Shown: positions 9,435 through 18,872, numbered from the stretch's first letter. The stretch: DNA of 64,000 bases from Minisyncoccota bacterium (GCA_041674105.1 JBAYWK010000001.1:167114-231113), one strand, 5' to 3'. The notes: generated by a model from the letters alone, not told the origin. A program made the numbers and translations.

Positions 9435-9908
9435 ATGAAAAAAGAGGTTTTTGTATTACTTCATAATATAAGAAGTATTCATAATGTTGGTTCTATATTT
9501 CGCACATCAAACGCTTTGGGTATAAATAAAATATACCTTTCGGGCTTTACTCCTACACCTTTGGACCGTTTCAATAAAAAAAGAAAAGATTTTGCAAAGG
9601 TTTCTCTCGGTTCTGAAAACGAAATAAATTGGGAGTATGTAGAAAAACCAACAAAGCTTTTAAAAGAACTAAAGAAACAAAATTTTCAGATAATAGGACT
9701 TGAGCAGTTTAAAAAGTCTAAAGACTATAAAAAAATAAAAACAAAATTTCCAGTAATTTTTTTGGTGGGTAATGAAGTAGAAGGGATAGATAAAAAAATG
9801 CTAGGCATTTGTGATGTTGTAGCTGAAATACCAATGAAAGGAAAGAAAGAATCACTCAATGTCTCAATTGCTTTTGGTGTAGGTCTATTTAGGATTTTGG
9901 AGATTTAG
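9435..9908 (+). CDS. TrmH/SpoU family RNA methyltransferase
   Basis: NIRSIHNVGSIFRT, GNEVEGI, IPMKGKKESLNVS. Confidence 0.92.
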   Translation: MKKEVFVLLHNIRSIHNVGSIFRTSNALGINKIYLSGFTPTPLDRFNKKRKDFAKVSLGSENEINWEYVEKPTKLLKELKKQNFQIIGLEQFKKSKDYKKIKTKFPVIFLVGNEVEGIDKKMLGICDVVAEIPMKGKKESLNVSIAFGVGLFRILEI

Positions 9909-10792
9909 TAGGTTAGACTGTGAACTATTTTTCCTTCATTATCATATAAAATAATATTTTCTTTTCTTTGTTTCCACAAAATATCGCTTCTTTTTAGGTA
10001 CACCCTCCATTCTTTTTTATAGAAATCAGGATCATTTTTGTATGTGTTTATGCAAGAATTGTAGTTTATTTTCTCATATATAAAGTTTTTACATTCATAA
10101 CTCCAGTTTAGAGGTAGTGTTTTTGTTTCTATCTTACAAGAGGGGAAGTATTCAATATAATCAAGGCAAGCATCATTTATTGTTAACTTTGGAATAGAGG
10201 ATAGATCCATTTCTCTAGGTCTAGGACAACTTGTGGTTAGGTAGGGTATGAATGTTTGAAATTGAGACAAGTACCCAGAACATTTATTCACCTTAAAACT
10301 TGCTCCATTTGGTGAAATACCTGTGACAATATAAACAGTTTCTCCTCCAGATAGAATTATGTTTTCTTCAGAATTTACTTGTCCAGCAAAAAACAAATAA
10401 GATGCTCTAGGTATTGTGATGGAGTTTCCTGAACTAGCACTTCTTATTGTCCAGCCGGTTATAGGTATGCTTGTTGTGGCTTTATTGTCTGTTTGAATTG
10501 TTATATATTCATTTCCCGGTTTTGTTGAACGGCTAACATATCTTATAAATACCAACCCTTTGTATTTTGATTCTGTTTTCTGAGCTTCTTTCTCGTCTAT
10601 TTGTTTTTGTATATCCAGGGCTTGTTTTTCTGCTTCGTTTAGTTGTTTTTGAATATCCACCCTTTGCTCTGCTTCTGTTTTTGGAGTGTTGTCTACAGGA
10701 GGACCAGTTAGGTTGTTTTTTGTACCACCGAAAAGAGCAATACCAATGATAAGAAGAAGAATACCTATTCCTGTATAGTCATCTTTACTCAT
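9905..10792 (-). CDS. Membrane-anchored extracellular protein (lamin-tail-like domain, Cys-rich)
   Basis: N-terminal TM; EYITI...ITGWTI...ILYDNEGK pattern. Confidence 0.6.
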   Translation of the reverse strand: MSKDDYTGIGILLLIIGIALFGGTKNNLTGPPVDNTPKTEAEQRVDIQKQLNEAEKQALDIQKQIDEKEAQKTESKYKGLVFIRYVSRSTKPGNEYITIQTDNKATTSIPITGWTIRSASSGNSITIPRASYLFFAGQVNSEENIILSGGETVYIVTGISPNGASFKVNKCSGYLSQFQTFIPYLTTSCPRPREMDLSSIPKLTINDACLDYIEYFPSCKIETKTLPLNWSYECKNFIYEKINYNSCINTYKNDPDFYKKEWRVYLKRSDILWKQRKENIILYDNEGKIVHSLTY

Positions 10793-10801
10793 TTATATAT
10801 T

Positions 10802-11704
10802 CTACATCTTTTGGTGTTTATCACAAAAGTGTGTACTTCTTCCTCCGATAACAATTCTCTTTATTATCCCTCCACAACCTCTTTTAGAACAAATCTCTTT
10901 TGTTTTTCGGTATACTTTATGTGAATTTTGAAAGCCTCCTTTTTCTCCATTTATATTTCTATAATCAGACATTGAGTCTCCTCCCATAGAAATAGATTTT
11001 TTCAATATTTTTATCATTGAATTTAGTATTCTCTTGTACTGATTGTCGGAGATAGACAAAACTTTTTTTTCTGGGTGTATACACGACTCCCAAAGGATTT
11101 CATCAGAATAGATATTACCAATTCCAGCAATTAAGGATTGGTCCATAAGAGCAGTTTTTATTTTAAGTGTTGGTTTTTTTAATAGCTGAGATTTAAGTTT
11201 TTTAAATGATAAGTTGTTTAAAGGATCTACCCCAAGTTCTTTTAAGTGAATACTTTTATATACAAAATCTGTCTCAAAAAGCCTAACAGTCCCAAATTTT
11301 CTCATATCTGAAAAGGCTAAATTTTTACCGTTAGACAAGCTAATAACAAATCTCAAGTGACCATTGAAAGGGTCTTTTAGATTTTTTTCATCACTTTGCC
11401 ATTTTTTATTTTTAAAAATATATTTTCCGTAAAGAAAATGTCCAGTCATTTTCATATGGACTAGAATAGTTTTATTTTTGTTTAGATGTACCAGTATGTA
11501 TTTTCCTCTTCTTTCTACATCTTTAAATTTTGAACCGATTATTTCTTTTTTAAATTTTTTAAAATATTTTTTATTTTTAAGTGTATCTTTTTGTTTGTAT
11601 TTTGTTCCAATATAATAGTCTGTCCATACATCTTTTATGGAAAGGTTTGGCAAAACCTTTCTTAGTCCTTTTACTGTTGTTGTAACTTCTGGTAATTCAG
11701 GCAT
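10802..11704 (-). CDS. mutM: Formamidopyrimidine-DNA glycosylase
   Basis: MPELPEV, RRGKY, HMKMTG, GIGNIYSDE, C-terminal zinc finger. Confidence 0.96.
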   Translation of the reverse strand: MPELPEVTTTVKGLRKVLPNLSIKDVWTDYYIGTKYKQKDTLKNKKYFKKFKKEIIGSKFKDVERRGKYILVHLNKNKTILVHMKMTGHFLYGKYIFKNKKWQSDEKNLKDPFNGHLRFVISLSNGKNLAFSDMRKFGTVRLFETDFVYKSIHLKELGVDPLNNLSFKKLKSQLLKKPTLKIKTALMDQSLIAGIGNIYSDEILWESCIHPEKKVLSISDNQYKRILNSMIKILKKSISMGGDSMSDYRNINGEKGGFQNSHKVYRKTKEICSKRGCGGIIKRIVIGGRSTHFCDKHQKM

Positions 11705-11708
11705 CTAT

Positions 11709-12269
11709 TTAAGAGAGTAGTTTAAGAGCTTTTTTAACTTTTTCACCAACATCCTCTATATCAGTAACTTTTTTTAGAGCTTCTCTGGAGTCCTTTTCGC
11801 TATAACCTAGAGAGGTTAGAGCCATAAGAGCATCGATATCTTGTGATAAAGAAGAATCTGTTTTATTCGAGAAGTTGGAGATCTTATCTTTTAATTCTAT
11901 TACGATTTTTTCTGCATTTTTTCTGCCAACCCCAGAAACCTTTATAAGATGACTAGTGTCTCCCATAGAAACTGCATGAACTAGGTTTGAGAGGGAGGCG
12001 ACTGATATAATACCCAAGGCGGATTTTGGACCTATACCTGAGACGGATAGGAGAAGCTCAAAAAAATCTAACTCTTCTTTTTGTAAAAAACCATATAGAT
12101 CTAAAGAATTTTCTCTAACCGCTAAATATGTCCAAAAAGAAGCCTTCTCTTTAATGTTAGAGGGTAAATACGCTATGTTAGTGTATATCTTGTAACCGAC
12201 TCCGGAGACATCCAGAATAATATACTTTGGGTCAGTGTGTAGTATTTCTCCACTAAGGTATCCTATCAT
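11709..12269 (-). CDS. ruvA: Holliday junction DNA-binding protein RuvA
   Basis: MIGYLSG, GVGY, LYGF, VSGIGPKSA, GVGRKNAEKIVIELKDK. Confidence 0.95.
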   Translation of the reverse strand: MIGYLSGEILHTDPKYIILDVSGVGYKIYTNIAYLPSNIKEKASFWTYLAVRENSLDLYGFLQKEELDFFELLLSVSGIGPKSALGIISVASLSNLVHAVSMGDTSHLIKVSGVGRKNAEKIVIELKDKISNFSNKTDSSLSQDIDALMALTSLGYSEKDSREALKKVTDIEDVGEKVKKALKLLS

Positions 12270-12365
12270 AGGCATATTATACATAATAGGCTAAATAGAA
12301 GCTATTTTGGGTGAAGTTACTACGAGGTTGATTTATTTCTCCTTATGTTATACTCTATAGCTCAT

Positions 12366-12629
12366 ATGCCAATTATAAAATCAGCTAAAAAAGCGCTAAG
12401 AGGTTCTAAAAGAAAGAGGCTTTTTAACCTTAGAAAAAAAGAGCAAGTAAGTAAGACTATAAAACAAGTTAAGAAATTACTTGTTGAAAAAGATGTAAAG
12501 GGAGCGGAAGCTCTTATGTCAAAGGTTCAAAAAGTTTTGGACAAATCAGCAAAAACAGGACTTTTGAAGAAAAATACAGTTGCTAGAAAGAAAAGTAGAA
12601 TCTCAGCAATGATAAAGAAAGCTAAATAA
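12366..12629 (+). CDS. rpsT: 30S ribosomal protein S20
   Basis: MPIIKSAKKALR...KKNTVARKKSR. Confidence 0.95.
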   Translation: MPIIKSAKKALRGSKRKRLFNLRKKEQVSKTIKQVKKLLVEKDVKGAEALMSKVQKVLDKSAKTGLLKKNTVARKKSRISAMIKKAK

Positions 12630-12661
12630 CAAAAAACCACCCGAGGTGGTTTTTTGTTATT
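12625..12661. terminator. Bidirectional-type terminator
   Basis: AATAACAAAAAACCAC-CCGAG-GTGGTTTTTTGTTATT. Confidence 0.8.
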
Positions 12662-12702
12662 TGTATTGATATAATTGAGTTATTAAAATTAATATAAATA
12701 AT

Positions 12703-12936
12703 ATGGGATTTGGAGAAAGTTTTAAGAATTTTTTTGGGGGAGAAGCTAAGAAGGAAGTGACACAGGAAGAATCTTTGCGAGCAGAGCTGGTCACATTAGA
12801 GGAAAAAGTAGAGCAAGCTAAAAATGATCCTGAATATGGAGAAACACAAGATATGGTTCATATACAAAGAAGAATAAATGAAATAAAACAAGATTTAGGA
12901 TTGGAAGATGACCAGGCAAAAGAAGAAGTCGCATAA
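12703..12936 (+). CDS. Small acidic hypothetical protein
   Basis: 77-aa ORF with typical codon usage, followed by hairpin terminator. Confidence 0.6.
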   Translation: MGFGESFKNFFGGEAKKEVTQEESLRAELVTLEEKVEQAKNDPEYGETQDMVHIQRRINEIKQDLGLEDDQAKEEVA

Positions 12937-12965
12937 ATAAAAAACTACCTTAGGGTAGTTTTTTT

Positions 12966-13316
12966 GGTAGGAATCTCCCTCAAAAAATCATTTGCCGTCG
13001 CAAGTGATTTTTCTGGGCACCGGTTTGTCGACAAGCTCTGCCGATTTTGTAGACCTCAAATCTCTTCGATTCTGAAAGGGTGCTTTGGCAATGAAAATAC
13101 ATTAGATCCCTAACGAAAAATAGGCTAACGATTCTCAGTAGGAATCTTCCGCGAGTAAAATTTTGCCGTCGCAAAATTTTCTCGTGTCCGCAGCTCGCGA
13201 CCCATCGTGTTCGATGGGTACCCCGCTCCGCTTTTCGATTCCTAACGAAAAGCAATAACATTGCTTTTCTCCGGGAGCACAATATAAAAAACCCAGAGAT
13301 GGGTTTTTTTATATTG
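12966..13316 (-). repeat. tRNA-3'-associated element, two tandem units (tRNA-Arg GCG copy)
   Basis: Inverted tRNA end GTGCTCCCGG-[AG AAAAGCAATGTTATTGCTTTT CGT]-TAGGAATCGAA; direct T-arm copies GATTCCTAC at 13138-13146 and 12966-12975; ~60-bp core shared with 22114-22176 and 25991-26053. Confidence 0.85.
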
Positions 13317-13388
13317 TGCTCCCGGTAGGAATCGAACCTACATTTTAACTTCCGCAAAGTCATGTCCTATCCATTGAACGACGGGAGC
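13317..13388 (-). tRNA. tRNA-Arg(GCG)
   Basis: GCTCCCG...CGGGAGC-A; anticodon loop TT-GCG-GA; GGTTCGATTCC. Confidence 0.92.
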
Positions 13389-13415
13389 AAGTGGAAAAAG
13401 ATTATCACAAACAAA

Positions 13416-13871
13416 CTAAAAACCAAAATAAATCAAAAATTTTGTTAAAAAAGATTCAGTGTGAGTAACTTCTTCTAAATAATTGGATAGTAGATCCTTA
13501 ACATCTTCTGGCTCAACATCTTTTATTAATATAATTATATAAGAGGATACTGTTTTTTTTGGCAGGATTATTATCCTAGGGAATTTGTCTTTTGTTTCAA
13601 CCCAAAATGATTCTAAGTCGCTATAAGGGTAATATGTTTGTCCCATATTTATTCCTTTTTCATTTATCTTTATCTCAATATTTTCGGGTCTTCTTGATGC
13701 GTATAGGGTTAATATAGACATTGAGACAATTATCAAAATAGCAAAGATAATATTGTTTAAGATTATAGCTACTAAAGCTATAGACACTGTTATTATCCCA
13801 ACTATCCAATACCAATCAGAGTTTTTTTCTGAGTGTATATATTCAGGAGCAATCCAATTTATTTTTTCCAT
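13416..13871 (-). CDS. Conserved CPR membrane protein (DUF5673-like)
   Basis: WIAPEY..EK..DWYW, two TM segments, YPYSDLESFW. Confidence 0.7.
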   Translation of the reverse strand: MEKINWIAPEYIHSEKNSDWYWIVGIITVSIALVAIILNNIIFAILIIVSMSILTLYASRRPENIEIKINEKGINMGQTYYPYSDLESFWVETKDKFPRIIILPKKTVSSYIIILIKDVEPEDVKDLLSNYLEEVTHTESFLTKFLIYFGF

Positions 13872-13875
13872 ATAT

Positions 13876-14322
13876 TTATTTTAGCACTTTTAAGGGTTTC
13901 ATGTGCGAAGCTATGCCTATGGCACAGGTTATAAGTGCAATATTTTTAATTATATATTGTCCCTCTAAAGTTGGAATCATAAAACGGCTCCATGATATTT
14001 GTTGTAAAAAGAATAGAGGCAAGGCGGTGGTTATCATATGTATAAAAAGTAGGGGAATTACAACTCTTTCTAACTTTGGAACCAAAAATAAAATACCTAT
14101 TAGCATTTCAAATAGGCCAAATAAAATAATAAATAGTTCAAAAGACATAAAAGGGAGTGTTTTTGACAATAAATCACTTACAAGAGGGTTTGCAGGACTT
14201 TGGTCTATTATTTTTAAGAACCCAAACCAGAAATATATTATAAATAAACTCAGTCTAGCCACGGGGACAGATATTTTTTTAAAGAAATTTATTAAATGTA
14301 TATCTAATAATTGTATGTTCAT
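13876..14322 (-). CDS. DoxX/YkgB-like membrane protein
   Basis: RLSLFIIYFWFGFLK, GLFEMLIG, EGQYIIKN. Confidence 0.8.
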   Translation of the reverse strand: MNIQLLDIHLINFFKKISVPVARLSLFIIYFWFGFLKIIDQSPANPLVSDLLSKTLPFMSFELFIILFGLFEMLIGILFLVPKLERVVIPLLFIHMITTALPLFFLQQISWSRFMIPTLEGQYIIKNIALITCAIGIASHMKPLKVLK

Positions 14323-14323
14323 A

Positions 14324-15580
14324 TTATCTTATTTTTGTTATATCTCTCGGGTAAAAAATATCTAGTGTCCATTCAAAAGCAATATGTATTCTTTTTTCCC
14401 ACGACAAAAATTTGAACAAATAAACCGTTCTCCAGATCCACCATGCTATTTTTCCAGAAATCACAAAACTAAATATTTTTCCAGCGGCAAACCATTGTCC
14501 CAAAGAGACCAGTGTTCCTTTTGATTTATAAATAAATTTGGAAAGTTTTTTGTTTTTTATACTAGCTATTATGTTTCTGGCTACAATTTTAGCTTCACTA
14601 ACAGCTACTTGAGCAAGCATTGGTGGTGGAGGATTTCCATTTAGTTGAGTAACGCAGGCACTGTCTCCTAGGACAAAAATGTTTGGCATATCTATCATTC
14701 TCAAAAACTCATCTGTTTCAAGTCTTCCTCCAACGAATTTCGCATTATGCTCCATACATTTTGGAGTAGAGGGAGTAACTCCTGTTGCCCAAACTATAGT
14801 ATTGGCAGATAAAGTTGATTCATCTGAAAAGTGGATCGTTCCGGGAGATACAGATGAAACCATTTTGCTTAGAAGGAGAGTTACTCCCATTTCTTCCAAT
14901 CTCTTAGCAGCTATTTTTTGTATTTTTGGGTGAAAAGGTTTTAGTATTTCAGGTCCTGTATTTATAAGAGATATAGATATATCTTTAACATGATACTTTT
15001 TATCACCTTTGTAATATCTATTTTTTATTTCACAAGCAAATTCAGCTATTTCAGATACCGTTTCTACTCCAGTAGCACCTCCTCCAACAACCACAAAAGA
15101 TAAAAGTTTTTTCCTTTCATTCTCATCTTTGGTCAAAGTAGCTTTTTCAAAAGAATCAATAATAGATTGCCTAATGTTTACAGCATCCTCTAAGTTTTTT
15201 AGGCCGAGAGAGTTTTCTTTTGCTCCTGGAATGTTATAGTAGTTTGTTTCAGCTCCTGTAGCCAAAACAACATAGTCATAAGGTATCTCACAGTTTTCTG
15301 TCTGGATTACCTTTTTTGAAGTATTTATTGAAATAACAATATCTTGGTATATTGTTATACCTGTTTTTTTAAATATTTCTCTTAGAGCTTCTGAAATACT
15401 GGTTGGATGAAGTCCTCCTGTGGCTACCTCGTGAAGTAGTGGGGTGAATAAAAAATAATTTGTTTTATTTATTAAGGTTATGTCTAAAACACCTTTTTTA
15501 ACATAGGGAATAAGGTATTTTGCCGTATAAAGACCTCCAAAACCTGCCCCAACTATGACGATATGCGGTTTAGTAGACAT
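14324..15580 (-). CDS. ndh: Type II NADH dehydrogenase-like FAD oxidoreductase
   Basis: GAGFGG, FTPLLHEVATG, VVGGGATGVE, AQVA, KGTLVSLG. Confidence 0.88.
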   Translation of the reverse strand: MSTKPHIVIVGAGFGGLYTAKYLIPYVKKGVLDITLINKTNYFLFTPLLHEVATGGLHPTSISEALREIFKKTGITIYQDIVISINTSKKVIQTENCEIPYDYVVLATGAETNYYNIPGAKENSLGLKNLEDAVNIRQSIIDSFEKATLTKDENERKKLLSFVVVGGGATGVETVSEIAEFACEIKNRYYKGDKKYHVKDISISLINTGPEILKPFHPKIQKIAAKRLEEMGVTLLLSKMVSSVSPGTIHFSDESTLSANTIVWATGVTPSTPKCMEHNAKFVGGRLETDEFLRMIDMPNIFVLGDSACVTQLNGNPPPPMLAQVAVSEAKIVARNIIASIKNKKLSKFIYKSKGTLVSLGQWFAAGKIFSFVISGKIAWWIWRTVYLFKFLSWEKRIHIAFEWTLDIFYPRDITKIR

Positions 15581-15586
15581 AAAAAT

Positions 15587-15997
15587 TTAGGCGCCTAATT
15601 GGCGAATTAGAATATAAATATCCAAACTATAATAACCAGCTCCAACTAAAAATAGAACAGAAAGACCGGCCAATATTATTAAATCCATTTCCCACCCTCC
15701 TTTCTCAGAAAATTTTTTTCGCCATACTTTTATTTTAATATAGATTGCTCCCAGCATTATTATCATAAGACCTAAGGCAGCGTATTGAGTTAGAAAACCA
15801 ATCATTAAGGCAATAGCACCTAGAGGCTCAACAATAGACAGAAGTCTATTTATGTTTATCATAGATTTAGATATTTGCTCATCTGGCCTCATTTTCCACA
15901 TCCTAAGTTTTTGTATGCCGTGAACTAGAAAAGAAGCTCCTATAGCCAGTCTAAGAAAAATCAGACCGTAATCTATGTATAAATAAAGTGTTTCCAT
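15587..15997 (-). CDS. DoxX family protein
   Basis: LRLAIG..FLVHGIQK, GFLTQYAA, GWEMDL, GAGYYSLD. Confidence 0.88.
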   Translation of the reverse strand: METLYLYIDYGLIFLRLAIGASFLVHGIQKLRMWKMRPDEQISKSMININRLLSIVEPLGAIALMIGFLTQYAALGLMIIMLGAIYIKIKVWRKKFSEKGGWEMDLIILAGLSVLFLVGAGYYSLDIYILIRQLGA

Positions 15998-16040
15998 ATT
16001 TTTTAGTTAAGTATAATTGAATAATTATACCTTAATTTTT

Positions 16041-16715
16041 CTATTTTTCTATATAGGATTTTGTATATTCGTAAAGAGATGACCAAAAAGCTCCAGCGAA
16101 AGAGGCTACAACTAATTCTTCTATTGGTACACCTAGTATAAATAAACCCGAGATATTTTCCAGGTTATAAGAATATTCTACTAAACCTTCAAAAATCAAA
16201 TTTATTAAAACAAAAACTAAAAAATAAAAACAACTAAAAACAACAGAGGTTACAAATATTTGCTTCCATAAGTCCCTACGATGATAAATTATAAATATAG
16301 ATCCTAACCCCGAGATGACTACTAGGCCGTAAATAGCTTTTGTGGGGTAAAAAATAGAAAAGATTATTATTGAAATAGCTGTAGTTAGTACAGGGTAGTA
16401 ATTTTTGGTAGCAGAGCGATTTATTTTTACTAATTTTTTCTTAAATAGGAATTCATAAATAACTGATGCTATACCAGCCATAAAGAAAAAGAATATGAAA
16501 CTTTCTATTCCAAAACCGTATTTTTCTATCAAACCAAAAAGGGAGTCGGGTTTCCAGTATTGTGGAACCAAAAAATAGTCAAAAAAGCCAAAAGGTAAGC
16601 CAATAAAACTTGCCCACAACATTTCTTTCCTCAAATCTTTTCTTTTTATATAAATGAATAGCCAAAAAAGCGAAAGAATAAAACAGCCTGTAATATATGC
16701 ATATGGATAAGACAT
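16041..16715 (-). CDS. Lycopene cyclase domain-containing membrane protein
   Basis: Two repeats with RKDLRKEM/RRDLWKQ and GIESF/GVPIEE motifs. Confidence 0.65.
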   Translation of the reverse strand: MSYPYAYITGCFILSLFWLFIYIKRKDLRKEMLWASFIGLPFGFFDYFLVPQYWKPDSLFGLIEKYGFGIESFIFFFFMAGIASVIYEFLFKKKLVKINRSATKNYYPVLTTAISIIIFSIFYPTKAIYGLVVISGLGSIFIIYHRRDLWKQIFVTSVVFSCFYFLVFVLINLIFEGLVEYSYNLENISGLFILGVPIEELVVASFAGAFWSSLYEYTKSYIEK

Positions 16716-16786
16716 TTAAATAAGTATAATTTTTTTGTGGTATTCATTGTACAAAATTCGAATGTATTTTGAAAGTAACCCTGATG

Positions 16787-16861
16787 CCGACTAAACGACT
16801 TAGGATGCGGATTAATTCCGACAAAAAGTATTTTTGGTTTTTTGTATCTATAAAGGATTAT
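16787..16861 (-). pseudogene. N-terminal remnant of a MUG/UDG-family DNA glycosylase
   Basis: YRYKKPKILFVGINPHP matches the MUG GINP motif; no start codon and no continuation. Confidence 0.5.
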
Positions 16862-16872
16862 GTGTGTCTTTG

Positions 16873-17214
16873 CTATTTCTCCAAAATGGTTTTTAGAGTC
16901 AATGCTTCGTTGTGCTCCATATCTTTCGCACCGTACACGAGCGTGACCATTCCTTTCTTGCCCAGGCGTTTGAGTTCCGCGAGCAGGTCGGTTTTTGACT
17001 TGAGTTCGCGCCTGTATTTCACTTGGAACGTCGTCCATCGCTTCGGATCGTGACCAAACCACTTCCGCAACTCGGTGCTCGGGCCGATATCTTTAAGCCA
17101 CATATCTATCGCTGCTTTTTGTTTCGTAAGGCCACGTGGCCAAAGCCTATCTACTAAAATTCTTCTGCCGTCGTTTTTTGTAGGCTTCTCGTATACGCGT
17201 TTAATTCTTATCAT
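16873..17214 (-). CDS. DUF488 family protein (YeaO-like)
   Basis: IKRVYE, DGRRILVDRLWPRGL, PSTELRKWFGHDP. Confidence 0.93.
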   Translation of the reverse strand: MIRIKRVYEKPTKNDGRRILVDRLWPRGLTKQKAAIDMWLKDIGPSTELRKWFGHDPKRWTTFQVKYRRELKSKTDLLAELKRLGKKGMVTLVYGAKDMEHNEALTLKTILEK

Positions 17215-17221
17215 AGTGTAA

Positions 17222-17935
17222 TTAATATCCGCTAAATTCTTCAGTCCTGATATTGTCTTCATTGGCGCCGGCTTTCATCAGCATCTCGCGCATTGCTTTG
17301 ACCATGCCGACAGGCCCGGACAAGTAATAGATCGGGATGGCGATGTCCAGTATGTACCGCTTTAACATGGCGTCGTCGATATACCCACTCTCTCCACTCC
17401 ATTCGGTTTCGGGAGTATCGGTATAGACGGGGATAAATATGAAATTCTGATTTTCTTTTGCAAAGCCTACCATGTCTGCCGTAAAGGCCGCGTCAGCTGG
17501 GGTTTTGTTAGAATACAAAAGTGTTATCTTGTGTGGCAGGTGGTCGTGCGATGCCTGCGCGATAATGCTTCGTACTGGCGTGATGCCGATGCCGCCAATC
17601 AGGAAGACGGCTGGCGTGGTCTCGTTCTTATGAAGTTTGAAATCTCCATACGGAGCGTCAAATTTTACTTCCGTACCAATGGGAAGATTTTTAAGTACAC
17701 GCTTAAAGGCGGTATCCCGCATACGCGTTGCTGTCACGATATTACTTTCGTATGGTGCGTGAGCGAGAGAAAAACCTCTTGTATTTCCTTCTTCATCGGT
17801 CTCGGGAGGATTGATCAAAGTAATATCGCAAAATTGTCCGGCGACAAATTCGAATCCGGCTGGCTTTTCCCAATAGAAAGCCATTGTACCGTTTGCAATT
17901 TCTTCTTTTTTTGTGAGCTTTATATTGTATATCAT
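17222..17935 (-). CDS. FAD-dependent oxidoreductase (ferredoxin-NADP reductase family)
   Basis: FVAGQF, RGFSL, GGIGITP, YLSGP, EEFSGY. Confidence 0.9.
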   Translation of the reverse strand: MIYNIKLTKKEEIANGTMAFYWEKPAGFEFVAGQFCDITLINPPETDEEGNTRGFSLAHAPYESNIVTATRMRDTAFKRVLKNLPIGTEVKFDAPYGDFKLHKNETTPAVFLIGGIGITPVRSIIAQASHDHLPHKITLLYSNKTPADAAFTADMVGFAKENQNFIFIPVYTDTPETEWSGESGYIDDAMLKRYILDIAIPIYYLSGPVGMVKAMREMLMKAGANEDNIRTEEFSGY

Positions 17936-18096
17936 GTTATTTTTATGGTTATTTTTTAAACTTCGTTTGAGAATATATAATTTGTCCATTTCTTACTTTT
18001 AAAAAAGACGTGAGTCGATATCTTGTGGCAGAAGTGCAGTTCATGATGTCGTGCACAAGCCAACCCTTTGCGGAAATTTGAATTCCGATTTGTTGC

Positions 18097-18237
18097 GGTG
18101 ACGATTGCTGGAACTTTGAACCGATAATACGGCTTAGTTACAGCAATGTTGATAAAATTATACGAAAATTAAGGCGAATATACCAAGAAAAGCCGGACTT
18201 ATTCGATATTCCTACTTTTGCTCAGAAGATTTACTAA
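18097..18237 (+). mobile_element. Startless ORF tail / putative att scar (recombinase C-terminal tail), copy 1
   Basis: GDDCWNFEPIIRLSYSNVDKIIRKLRRIYQEKPDLFDIPTFAQKIY*; homologous to 18873-19013; homology begins at GCGG. Confidence 0.55.
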
Positions 18238-18771
18238 TTTCCTCAACCTCCTCGTCTCAGAAAGCTTGGATCCTGCAAGCCGGGTAGAGGCACCAGTGGA
18301 GGCTATAAGAGTGGCACGCTTGAGCTCCGTCAGTTGGAGTTTCGAAAGATAATCAGTGATCATCTTTCGCGCGGGCGGATTAAAACCACTATATGCTTCT
18401 CCGGCGATGTAGTCTTTTATCGGAACCCAACGCCATTCAGAAAATTTCTCCGGTTCCATGAGCTTGGCTTCTTGATCAGTTGTGCAGTAGAACATCAACA
18501 CCACATCTCCTTCTTTCGCTCCAGGAACTTCGCCAATAAAATCTAAAATTTTCAAATCTGTAATATTAACCTCTTCAGCCGTCTCTCGGCGAAGAGTTTG
18601 CTCGATGGTCTCTCCCAAATCTGATCTACCTCCTGGAATTGTCCAAACGGAAATTTTCTTCCACTTGTCGGGCGTATAGTGGCGATGTCCGGTTAACACT
18701 TTGCCGTCTTTTACAATGACCGCAATCGGACAGGTGATTTCATCTCCTTGTTTTGTAAGTTGTTCGTTCAT
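18199..18771 (-). CDS. NUDIX hydrolase (reads through into a Fic-like remnant)
   Basis: Nudix box GGRSDLGETIEQTLRRETAEEVNI; EPEKFSEWRW. Confidence 0.88.
   Translation of the reverse strand: MNEQLTKQGDEITCPIAVIVKDGKVLTGHRHYTPDKWKKISVWTIPGGRSDLGETIEQTLRRETAEEVNITDLKILDFIGEVPGAKEGDVVLMFYCTTDQEAKLMEPEKFSEWRWVPIKDYIAGEAYSGFNPPARKMITDYLSKLQLTELKRATLIASTGASTRLAGSKLSETRRLRKLVNLLSKSRNIE
18236..18336 (-). pseudogene. Fic-family N-terminal remnant
   Basis: LKRATLIASTGASTRLAGSKLS then, after a 2-nt frameshift, DEEVEEI; resembles the Fic STxIEG region. Confidence 0.55.
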
Positions 18772-18872
18772 AGTTCGAATCCCATCAGGGTTCACTCATT
18801 TTATCACTTTTCGGTTTTGAAATGTAGCGCAAAATAAGGGAATTTTAATTGCCACTTTTCAAAACTACTGGC

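Noticed and set aside
12980-13363. 127-aa ORF, and similar ORFs at 8709-9047, 19653-19889, 22106-22465 and 29829-30065
   Set aside because: They overlap tRNA genes and GC-rich palindromic elements; these are stop-poor shadows, not proteins.
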